In this document: piece after piece, positions 54,940 through 64,000 of the stretch | Numbering within the stretch: position 1 is the stretch's first letter | Layout: every line of letters starts with the position of its first letter | Assembly: GCA_015680685.1 (NCBI GenBank) | Contig: MNCI01000808.1 | Coordinates: forward strand, 28,340-92,339 | Source of the DNA: Gnetum montanum | Lineage: Eukaryota; Plantae; Gnetophyta | Length of the DNA stretch: 64,000 nucleotides | Reading direction: 5' to 3' | Made by a program: the position numbers and the translations under genes | The notes under the pieces: model-generated | What the model saw: the letters and a program-made list of their open reading frames with translations, nothing else | Databases searched by the model: none | Told to the model about the DNA's origin: nothing

Positions 54940-55260
54940 GTAAGTTACGCTCCCCATAGAGTGTAACTTTCAAAATCAAAAAATTCTAAGTGCTGGTTAT
55001 GCTCCCCGCAGAGCATAACAACTGAAAAATTCTAAGTGCTGGTTATGCTTCCCAAAGTGTAACAACCACAAAATTCTTTCTAAGTGCTAGTTACAGTCCC
55101 TATAGAGTGTAACAACTGCAAAAAATTTTAAGTGTTAGCTACACTCCCCACTGAGCGTAACAACTACAAAAATTTCCAACCATCAAAAAATTCAAAAAAA
55201 AAACCTATAGGGTATGCTCACTACAGAGTGTAACCTATTGACTATGTTTCCTATAAAGCA
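54940..55260. repeat. ~46-bp tandem repeat, each unit with inverted repeat GTTACGCTC-N5-6-GAGCGTAAC
   Basis: Units at 54944, 54996, 55043, 55090, 55138, ~55212. Confidence 0.85.
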
Positions 55261-55414
55261 TGATGCTAGGAAACCAAAATTTTTCTAACTTCTTGTTACG
55301 CTCTTAGGGACGTTCCCTAGCATGATAACTGTGATCCTCATAGTTGTCCTACCTAGACCATCATGCTCTACATTCAACTTCAAGCCACCCTAGCCGAGCC
55401 CTATTCTATGTCAT

Positions 55415-55790
55415 AGATGGGATGCCAACAAAGCCCTATCTTGCATCATGTGTGGGATGCCAGAAAAATCATTTCCCATGTCATGCACAGGATGCCAAGA
55501 AAATCCTTGTCCTATGCCGCATGTGGGATGCCAAGAAAATTCTTGTTCCACTCCATTTGTAAGATGTCGAAAAAACCCTTGTCTTGTGCCATGTGTGGGA
55601 TGCCAAGAAAATGTTGGTCCCACATCATGCAAGGGATGCCAAAAACATCCCTGTCCCACGTTGTGTGTAGGACACTAAAAAAATCTTTGTCTCATGTCAC
55701 ATGCATGACACTAAAAAAATTCTTGCTCCATGCCATGCATGGGATGTTGTGAAAGCCCCTACCCTATACCATGCATGGGACGCCAAACCC
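55415..55790. repeat. ~38-bp tandem repeat (ATGTGTGGGATGCCAAGAAAATCCTTGTCC...)
   Basis: About 10 units; periodicity also visible in overlapping ORF translations. Confidence 0.9.
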
Positions 55791-56248
55791 TCATAATAAA
55801 AAAACTAGAAAGCTAAACAAAAATTCCACTATGCACACTCCCCCCCTGACAATGACTCATGGTGGCCATAGCGGTGATGGTGCCCAAGGTAGGCCATCCT
55901 CAAAACCCCAAAACCCCAAGGTACACAAAAAGTAAGGAGAAGAAATTACAAGGAAGAGTGTAGTGCCTTACCTGGCCAACAGGGTCTCCTTGCGGTCCTC
56001 TATGCATGCCTTGGAAAGGTGCCTCAATGTGCATTCTTCATCATCCACATTGGTAAGGCTGGGGTGTTGGCATTTACTATGGTGCATCATGGTTGATTAT
56101 TACGCTCTTGCTTTCTTCTTTCTCTTTGTTACACTCTAGCTTCCCCTCTAGCATTACTATGCTCTGTCTCCCTTCACCTTAGCCTCTCTATGCTCAGTGA
56201 CTGTTTGCTTTAACTTTGAAAATGATAACTTTACTATGGTAAACCCCC

Positions 56249-56256
56249 TATTTATA
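56249..56256 (-). promoter_or_regulatory. TATA box of the antisense gene
   Basis: GGGTATAAATAGGGGG on minus strand ~280 bp upstream of first donor. Confidence 0.6.
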
Positions 56257-59023
56257 CCCTTCCAAGTTGAAGGACATGTCACCCTCTCAGGGCCTATACC
56301 ACAAGACTGTTCCATGTCCTGTAAATAATGCAAAATGAGCGTAACACCTAGAGTTTGAAATTTTTTTGCATTTTCTCTGATTGCTCAATAAACATCTAAC
56401 TTAGCTCCACATTTAAAACCCTCCAAGCTTTGCTTAAACACATGTTTCCCATGTAAACCATGGTCCACTATGACCTAAAATTGGCAATTTTATGGCCAAT
56501 TTTATGGCCCTGAAATTATTCTACATACTTTCTTACCTGATCCAACAACTACATAGTTAGGAAAATTTTCATAACATTTTCTTTCTCATTTTATGCATTT
56601 TCCCTTCTTAAGAGAGGTGCTGCTTGATATTTTTCTAGTTTTTTTGTAGGATCTTTTTGCAAGATTGCAAAATGAATGCAGACAAGAGTCTTCATTCGTC
56701 CTTACTCTTGACTAGACCTTACAGTGGTTCCATTAGATGCATAAACACTAAGCTCCTAAACTTTGAACCTAAGACTTATGACACAAACGTAGCATTCTTA
56801 GAGACATCTCTAGATTGGCTAGACTATCTAGTTAGAGCTCTAGACCTAGGGGCAGGTGATGTAACCAAGGATCCTCTCGTTGAAATCCCTGTAGTAACAT
56901 GTAAATGTGAGGCGAAGACATTGAAACTCAGTTTCTTACATCTCTAAAGTCCTTAACGATAACATCAAGGTGTTTGCATGGTCCTACAAGGACATGCTAG
57001 GCCTAGACCTTCGCATAATACAACACAACATTATCCTTGATCCTTGCATAAATCCAGTTAAACAGAAAGCTTGCAAAGTCAAGCCTGATGTGATGTTGGT
57101 AGTTCACAATGAAATCACTAAGCTTTACAAAGGTGGTTTCATCTACACACTTGATTATGTTGACTAGGTTTCAAACATTGTAGTTGTCCCTAAGAAAAAT
57201 AGAAGTATATGCATTTTCATAAACTTCTAAGACTTAAACAAGATAGCCATCAAAGATGATTTCCCATTGCCTAGTATTGACCAACTCATTAATACTCTGG
57301 CTGGTCATGCCTTGTCCTTTATGGATGGGTTTTCAGGATACAACCAAATTCAAATCAACCCAAAACACCAGCTTAGAACAACCTTCATGACCCCTTAGGG
57401 TACGTTTTTCTATACAATGATGTTCTTTGGACTAAAGAACACAAGAGTAACCTATCAACATGTGATGACATATATATTTAGTGATTATCTACTAGACTTG
57501 CTCAATGACTATATTGATGATATAGTAGTTAAGTCCAAGTTAGATCACAATCATGCAGATGACTTGGACCACATTCTCAAACATTGCCTCAGACATGACC
57601 TTAGGATAAACCCCAAAAAGTGTGTCTTTGGCGTCAAAATCGATCGCATACTAGGCTTTGTAGTATTAGAAGCAGGTATACGTGTGGACCCCAACAAGGT
57701 TAAGGCTATTACCAAATTAGTGCCATTGGCAAACCTTAAGGAGCTATGTGGGTTACAAGGAAGATTACAATTCATACATAGGTTTATTGCCTAGTTGACT
57801 AATAAGTTGTAGCCAATGCAACATTTACTCAAAAAGGGGATCCACTTTGAGTGGACAGCTTAATGCCAAGAAGCATTCGACAATTTCAAAAAGAAGTTGG
57901 CTCAACTTTTGACAGTCTACCCTCTGTAAGGAGATAAACCATTCTATATTTACCTTACAACCTCAAACATGTCCATTGCTTCTTTGCTTTGCCAAAAGTG
58001 AGAAGATGGTCGAAGATCCCTATTTACTACTTAAGCCATGTGCTAGTGGTCCATGAGGTGAAATACAATGATATAGAGAAGAACTATCTCGCCTTAGTCT
58101 TTGCACTTAAAAAATGGAGACACTATCTTTTCCACAGTCAAGTTAACGTCATCTGCAAAAGCAACATACTCCAGGTGACTAGTACGAACATGTACGAAAG
58201 TAGTCGAATTGCACAGTGGAAGGCAATAACCATGGAGTTTGACCTACACTACATAGCACAAGCATCCACAAAAGGTCAAGAAATAGTTGCACAACTAACG
58301 TATTCACCCATAGATGATCAAGCAATAATAGATCTAGAATTTCTAAATGATCATGTTAATAGCATAAGTCAAGTACCTACAAACTTTGAGGTAGTTTTAC
58401 ACTTTGATGGTACTTCAACCACACAAGGTGGTAGTGCCACTGCTATTATCATGTTTCCCTCTAGGGAGATATGACCCTTTGCATATCACTTGACATTTCC
58501 TTGTACAGAAAATGTGGTAGAGTATGAAGGTCTTCTTAGAAGTGTCTTAGCAGCTCAAGAGTTAGCAATCCAAAACATAGCAATCTGAGGCAATTGGTAG
58601 CTTGTTGTCATAGGGCCTATAATGCCTAAGTCTTCCGTAGGACATAGCTTCATCATTACTGTAACTCAATACTTTACAAAGTGGGTTGAAGCCATTCCCC
58701 TTAGGAAGAAAACATCATAGCAAGTCTACAAATTCATCTTAGACAACATAGTGACCCAATTTGGTCTACCCATGAATATAGTCACAAACAACGGGCCACA
58801 ATTTAGTAATGCAGAAACTAAATCCTTTTGTGAACACATTGGAATTAAACATTCCTTTTCATCACTGTACTAACCACAAGTGAGTGGTCAAGCAGAGGCT
58901 ATGAACAAAGTCATCATCAACCTTCTTAAGAGGATGGTTAGCAACAACAAGTGATGATAGCATGAACAACTAGTCTATGCATTATGGGCCTACCATGCAA
59001 CATGCAGAACAGCAATAGGTAAG

Positions 59024-61495
59024 TGTTGGCGACCATTTGGGATGCGACCGCCAACGAGTGTCCTCGAACAAGATTTAGGTGCTTGCTGGTCTCTGGCAAC
59101 ACCAAGGCCCAGATACCTCCAAATAGACTCAGTAGTTAATGTGAGTATGTCTGTGTGCTGTCATGAAAAATGAAATGGTTGGATTGTGTGTAAAATTGTA
59201 AATGACTTATCATAAAGAGATTCAACCAACTTTGCAAAGCACTGTGAGTTATTGAGAGTTCCTATTTTGTTCAATTGCCTAGTCTATGTGGTCCTTATAA
59301 TGCCTACTTGTAACAAATAAAGTTTTGCAAAAACATTTGAGCACAACTCTGCGAATCTACTTCTAATTTTCCCCAGAGAAAGAGATAGTTCCACAAGAAA
59401 ACTAGAAATAGAGCGAGATTCAATGAAAATAGAAAGAAGAGAAAAAGAAAGTAGATTTGTGTAAAGATCTCAAATTTTTAAACAAGGTAAAATGATACGA
59501 GTAAACACTTCCCAATAAAGCTATCCCAAGTTCAATTACTACAAATTTTTCAAACTTCCAAGGCTCAAATAAGCAATTTCTTCAAGACAATCCTACTATG
59601 CTACCCAAAAAAATTGTTGCGTAAACTATCACGTACCAGACTCTTTCTTGGCTAGATAATGGATGTCAACAATTACATTCAACAGAACCTTCAAAAGGCT
59701 TGACAATTTATGATTGAAATACCACAAAGATTCACTTTAAAGATAAAAGAAGCTATTCTGGTCCTATCAAAATACCAAAGATTTTCTGAATCCTCTTGAC
59801 TATTGAATCATTCAACAGCTTGACTACATGTAGAGGCTTTCTTACAACAATCTCAATAGTGGTTCTTATACATTGCACAATAATAAAATTCACTACTAAA
59901 ATGCTCTTAAGTCTTTCAAACACAAGCTCTTCTATGGCAAAATATTAATAGAAATTTTCTATCATGCAACAAGAACAATAAGAGCAATCTAAAAATCCCA
60001 AAATTACTTGCCAAGCATGATACTATCTAAACCACTAGCTATATAATTTAAATAAAAAAAAATAAGCATAACTCATAGGACTATGACAAAGAGGCTAAAA
60101 TATTGTGTTTAACAAGTCATCTTACAAGCAATCATTCATAATGTCTTCTTTACAAATGCTCTTTTCCCCAGCCACCGAGACCCAGAGCGAGACCCCCTCC
60201 GAGACCATTTCTTTGTTACCCTTGAAGCCCTTTTATAGTAACCTCAAGGTAGTTACAATCATCATGAGAAGGTGAGGTAAGTTACAAACATTATGGGTGG
60301 TTATAACCACCATAGAGATAAAAAAGCTACAATTGACAAGTGTCCCATTTAGTTGCCAAGTGGCCCATTCAGTTGCCAAGTGGTCACCATGGAGATAAAA
60401 AAGTTGTAGTTGACAAGTGGCCTTTGTAGTGGTTATAACCACCATTTCAATTGAGAGGCTACAATTGTCATGAAATTACCACATTTATAGGAAATTTAAA
60501 ATGAAGCCAAGTATCTAGTGGCTATATTTACCATAGGGTTAAATGTTTATAGGTAATGAATATCTTGTAGTTGCAACCATCATAATCACATAGCCCGCCA
60601 CAGCGGCGGTGTCCAGGAACACTATAGTAGCAGCAGACATCCTAACTCTTTGAAGACTAGGAACACGAGCCGACAACAAAGCCCAGGCGGTTAGCATAGC
60701 CATCGAATACAACATGGAAACCCTATTGTAGTATGTTTCCAATTATATTCAGCCTTTCCATGGTTCCAACAAAGGCTAGGTAGAAGGTGCCAGTAGCATC
60801 CATGGGGGTGAGAAAATTGGACACCAGCAGCAAAACGTTTGCACCGCCAGCAAAATGCATAACCACAGTGGGCACCTGCACAGAGTGGATCCCCAATAGA
60901 TCATAACACGTATCAAATAATGAAAATGCGGCTACCTAACATAGGTGCCATGTCCCAACCACAAAGTCATCATAGAGAGCGTTGTAAGTGGGCACGACAA
61001 GCCATGTGACGGATGTGCCGCAGTTGATAACAATGCCACTGGTGCCAGTGGTAGTGTTCATGCGAAAGAGCTTGGTGGTCACGGTAGCCAAGTGCCGCCT
61101 GCTCACGCTAAGGCCCTACAAGCCCACATAGCAGTAGGTGTCCACATGTGGGTTGTTCAGTAGAGGCATGTACACAGCCGCTCACAGTGCTGCCGATGGC
61201 CCAAAGATGAGGGTGTTGGAGGTCCCCACGGAAGCGCTCTGGTCCACCAGACAGTACGAGAACATTTTCCAGAACTATGTCTAGACCTGTGACGGCAGCA
61301 ACAATGAGTCATGTCCAAGCCCCAGCAGGCTGGCCGCACCCACAAAGAGGCCCTGGTTGACGTGACCACAACCTAGCGCCACCTATGGTATTACCCTTCC
61401 GTGGAACATCAGCGTCTCCGTCGATAAATCCCCCACCGTGAAAGAACCATCTCCGTACGATGCTTGTTCCATGAAATGGCCAAAATGTGCCAATA
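59024..61495 (-). mobile_element. Solo-LTR-like insertion (2472 bp) with 5-bp TSD GTAAG
   Basis: GTAAG|TGTTGGC...GCCAATA|GTAAG; removal restores integrase RTAIGK-MPYSLVYG; minus-strand TATA-like boxes ~60484 and ~60546. Confidence 0.9.
60657..61466 (-). pseudogene. Captured host pepsin-family (A1, nepenthesin/APF2-like) aspartic protease fragment, C-terminal two-thirds
   Basis: SYGDGSFTVGDLSTETL, VALGCGHVNQGLFVGAASLLGLG, FSYCLVD, INCGTSVT (cf. IDSGTSVT), SLFDTCYDL, VPTVVMHF, IIGNILQ, ending GFVVGSCS-stop. Confidence 0.92.
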
Positions 61496-61954
61496 GTAAG
61501 ATGCCATATAGTCTTGTGTATGGATCTGAAGCAATGTTGCCTTTTGAACTACAGGTTCCATCGCTCTGTCTGATGCTCTTAAGCTTCATTAATGAGGTAT
61601 AGAACAATGAGTTGAGGATCCTTAATCTTGACTCTATAGAAGAGGAGCACATGCAAACACTTGATCACACTAAGTGGTATCAGGAAAAGCAATGGCAAAA
61701 GCACCATCATAATCAACATCAACACCTAATAAAGAAGGGGAACCTAGTCCTCAAGATTTTTCATGAGCCTGCAAACAAATTCTTAGCTAACTGGAAAGGG
61801 CCTTTCTTGATCATGAAGGCCTATGACAATGGAGCATTCAAACTTGCTGATCTAGATAGCAATGAGTTTGCCAATCCAATTAACCACTCATACTTGAAGC
61901 CGTACTACACCTAGTACACAATACCATGCCAATGATAAAGCAAGGTAAGAGAAC

Positions 61955-62312
61955 ATCTGCTATGATGTTAAAATGGCATAGAATATCTGCTATGATGTTA
62001 AATTGATACAAAATGTCCGCTATGACGTTAAACTAGCATAGAACATCTGCTATGATGTTAAACTGGCACAAAACATCCACTATGACAATAAATTGGTATA
62101 GAATGTCCCTAGGCCATGATGTTAAATTGGCACCCATAGCATGATCTACTATAACCTTAAACTGGCCATCCACCATCCACTACTAGCACAGTGGTTTGCT
62201 AGGACTTTAAACTAGCATATCACGGTCTACCAAGACCTTAAACTAGGTTCATGGTTTGCTAGGACCTTAAACTAGCACAACATGCAATCTACCAAGAACT
62301 AAAACTAGGTTC
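61955..62312 (+). repeat. Post-pol ~29-bp array (CTGCTATGATGTTAAACTGGCA)
   Basis: About 12 units, homologous to 30-445 and 29910-30245. Confidence 0.9.
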
Positions 62313-63905
62313 ACAATTCAGCATCCACAGTCCAACATACATAGTTCTATGGACAAGTAAGCATGAATACTTCCAATCCTCCAATCACCTACCCACACTT
62401 CTTGGGCAAGGTGGGTTGGGACGTTGCAGTTCCAGAATGAAGTTCACATCATCAAGGAAAAACCCTCTAGGACATCTATAGTGTCACCATCCTTGGCATC
62501 CTATTGATCTTCCAAAAATGCCTTTTGGCATCTTACTGACCTTTTAGAGCTACTGCCACCATCACCAATCATCTTGGCTAGAGTTCTCATCGTCAGCATC
62601 ACTCACTGGAGAACCAAATGTACTATGGCCTAGCCATAGCACTGTCATCCTTTGGCCCTTACCATTGCCTTAGCTCTAGAAAAGCATCCAGTAATGTGAT
62701 TCTCCACCATGCTGCTGGGTTTCCTGCCTCCTACCTTTGGTGAGAACTCCTAAGCACCTACATCGCCATTGCCTTTAGCCACTTGGATGCTTACTTTTGG
62801 TGTGGCTACTGGAGGTTTTCCAACCTATTTTCACTAGCACCCACACTAGCCTTCCTACTTTGGACACTGCATGCACCTACAATTGACACAATATGCATGG
62901 CCCTTGCAGTGCTCTTGCAAACAAAGCTTCACCTTCATCTCACATGGTGTGGTTGTTTTTCTTGTTTTCTCTATGTTGCGTTTACAAGATTAAGCCTTGG
63001 TGACGTCATTCAAAGGGTGTGTTTCATTACCATGGCAGGTCACCACACTACTTCAATGTGTTCACTTGACTTGCTAAGCTACTTAAGAGTGCACATCCCT
63101 ACTAGCCCTCTAGCCAATTCACCTCTACCTCTTGATCTTACATTCTCCCACATTCCCTATAATCTTCCCTGATGCACATGGAACCTTTCCTACAGTCAAC
63201 CGCTAAACTCATGACAAACGTAATGCAACTTTTCCCATGGGGAGTCTTTGTGGGTTGGTCAAAGCCCTAAGAAAATATAACACAACTCATCCTAGGGAGG
63301 AAACACCTGTTCTACAAACGCAATGCAATTGCCTCTAAGCAAATTCTATTGAGTGGCGCGTAGTCTGCTTGGCAAAAAAACATCTTTAAAAAAATAGCAA
63401 AAGCAAAAAGAAAATAGAATATATATATATATATATAACCAAGAGCAAAATAAAAATGGGACAAAACAAGTGTCCAAGTAAAATAACAAAGTTGTCGTTT
63501 CACAACTCGTCTAACCCTAGATCAACCATCTCACAAGCACTTTAATGAGAGGTCAAAATCCTAAGGGTAGGCAATGTAGTCATAGTTCAGTAGTCTTTGG
63601 GAACTCATTGTTGTCCTTTGGAGTGTAACACTTTGCTACTCCCATGAGCATAACATGTCATCGTAACCCCATCTATACTCATGCCACATGGCGCTTGATC
63701 CACATTTCATGCTAAACCTAGCCCTATAAATACCCTAAGGTCTAGCACTCTAGGGGTTGACAAATCAAAAGAGCATTGGGAATTTTAGTTGTCTAAGCAT
63801 CCTTGACACTCCTACATCTAAGCATCCAAGTTTCACATCTAGGAACCTCCTAGAATGTAGTCCACCATTGCACTCACAGAATGCGGTGATAGCCGATGCA
63901 GTAGG

Positions 63906-63926
63906 TTTAGGGTTTAGGGTTTAGGG
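63906..63926 (+). repeat. Interstitial telomeric repeat (TTTAGGG)3
   Basis: Three perfect units with partial units on both sides. Confidence 0.85.
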
Positions 63927-63953
63927 TTCAAAGAAGCAGAGAGCTGGTACCGA

Positions 63954-64000
63954 TCCTTAGAACCAAAAACCATCAGGAGGTGGAGTACGATGCTTGAACT
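63954..64000 (+). mobile_element. gag: Fragment of Athila-like gag
   Basis: TCCTTAGAAC..AAAACCATCAGGAGGTGGAGTACGATG matches 23477-23517. Confidence 0.8.

Larger units (their letters stand above)
51170..56080 (-). pseudogene. Spliced antisense accessory gene: FCP1/NIF HAD-phosphatase-like domain plus transposon-accessory-like domain
   Basis: GT-AG introns at 54749-54861, 53854-53950, 52723-52812, 52411-52509, 52175-52266, 51285-51380; donor CAG|GTAAGG at 55971; exon 54748-53951 translates KPVLVIVELEGIL...VWFRSSVQEFLEFLLHHFRVIIWS...LLSRIWG...YNKKSTLFI...NP. Confidence 0.75.
56650..61914 (+). pseudogene. pol: Tat pol: RT, RNase H, archaeal-type RNase H, integrase (interrupted by 59024-61495 insert)
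   Basis: FAWSYKDMLGLD, KDDFPLP, MDGFSGYNQI, FGLKN, YIDDIVV, NPKKCVFG, PIYYLS, LHFDGTS (aRH), FTKWVEAIP, LVYGSEAMLP, NWKGPF; stop at 61914. Confidence 0.95.
44681..63905 (+). mobile_element. Near-complete degenerate Tat-type (Ogre/Retand-like domain order) LTR retrotransposon: LTR-PBS-gag-PR-[6 kb spacer]-RT-RH-aRH-INT-array-partial LTR
   Basis: 5' LTR 44681-46584; partial 3' LTR 63573-63905 aligns to ~45742-46080; all pol motifs in order. Confidence 0.9.

Noticed and set aside
55344-55752. Cys-rich repeat ORFs (metallothionein-like)
   Set aside because: By-product of a 38-bp repeat whose period is not a multiple of three
60657-61466. Functional host aspartic protease gene
   Set aside because: Lacks N-terminus and first catalytic DTG, second motif mutated to NCG, in-frame stops

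Overview
Repeat-saturated, heavily CpG/CHG-depleted land-plant heterochromatin (TTTAGGG telomere motif; exact taxon cannot be determined) with no intact host gene. It is a pile of nested, decayed retroelements: three copies of a Ty3/gypsy Tat-type lineage (1-2427, ~28276-33519, and a near-complete copy at 44681->63905), five LTRs of an Athila-like family (one gag-protease-only non-autonomous copy and two 3' halves carrying an extra coiled-coil ORF), a deleted Ty1/copia with both LTRs, two chromovirus remnants and L1-type LINE fragments. The standout is inside the large Tat element. The ~6 kb between protease and RT holds a separate antisense gene with its own TATA box and at least six short GT-AG introns. 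By hand translation it encodes an FCP1/NIF (HAD-superfamily, CTD-phosphatase-like) domain with DxD replaced by ExE, followed by a transposon-accessory-like domain. Also notable: a 2.5 kb solo-LTR-like insert (TSD GTAAG) carrying two-thirds of a host A1 aspartic protease gene; conserved core-plus-variable-spacer arrays placed just after splice-donor-like sites; and three perfect telomere repeats sealing a rearrangement junction. All protein assignments are by-eye motif recognition, not database searches; internal boundaries are approximate.
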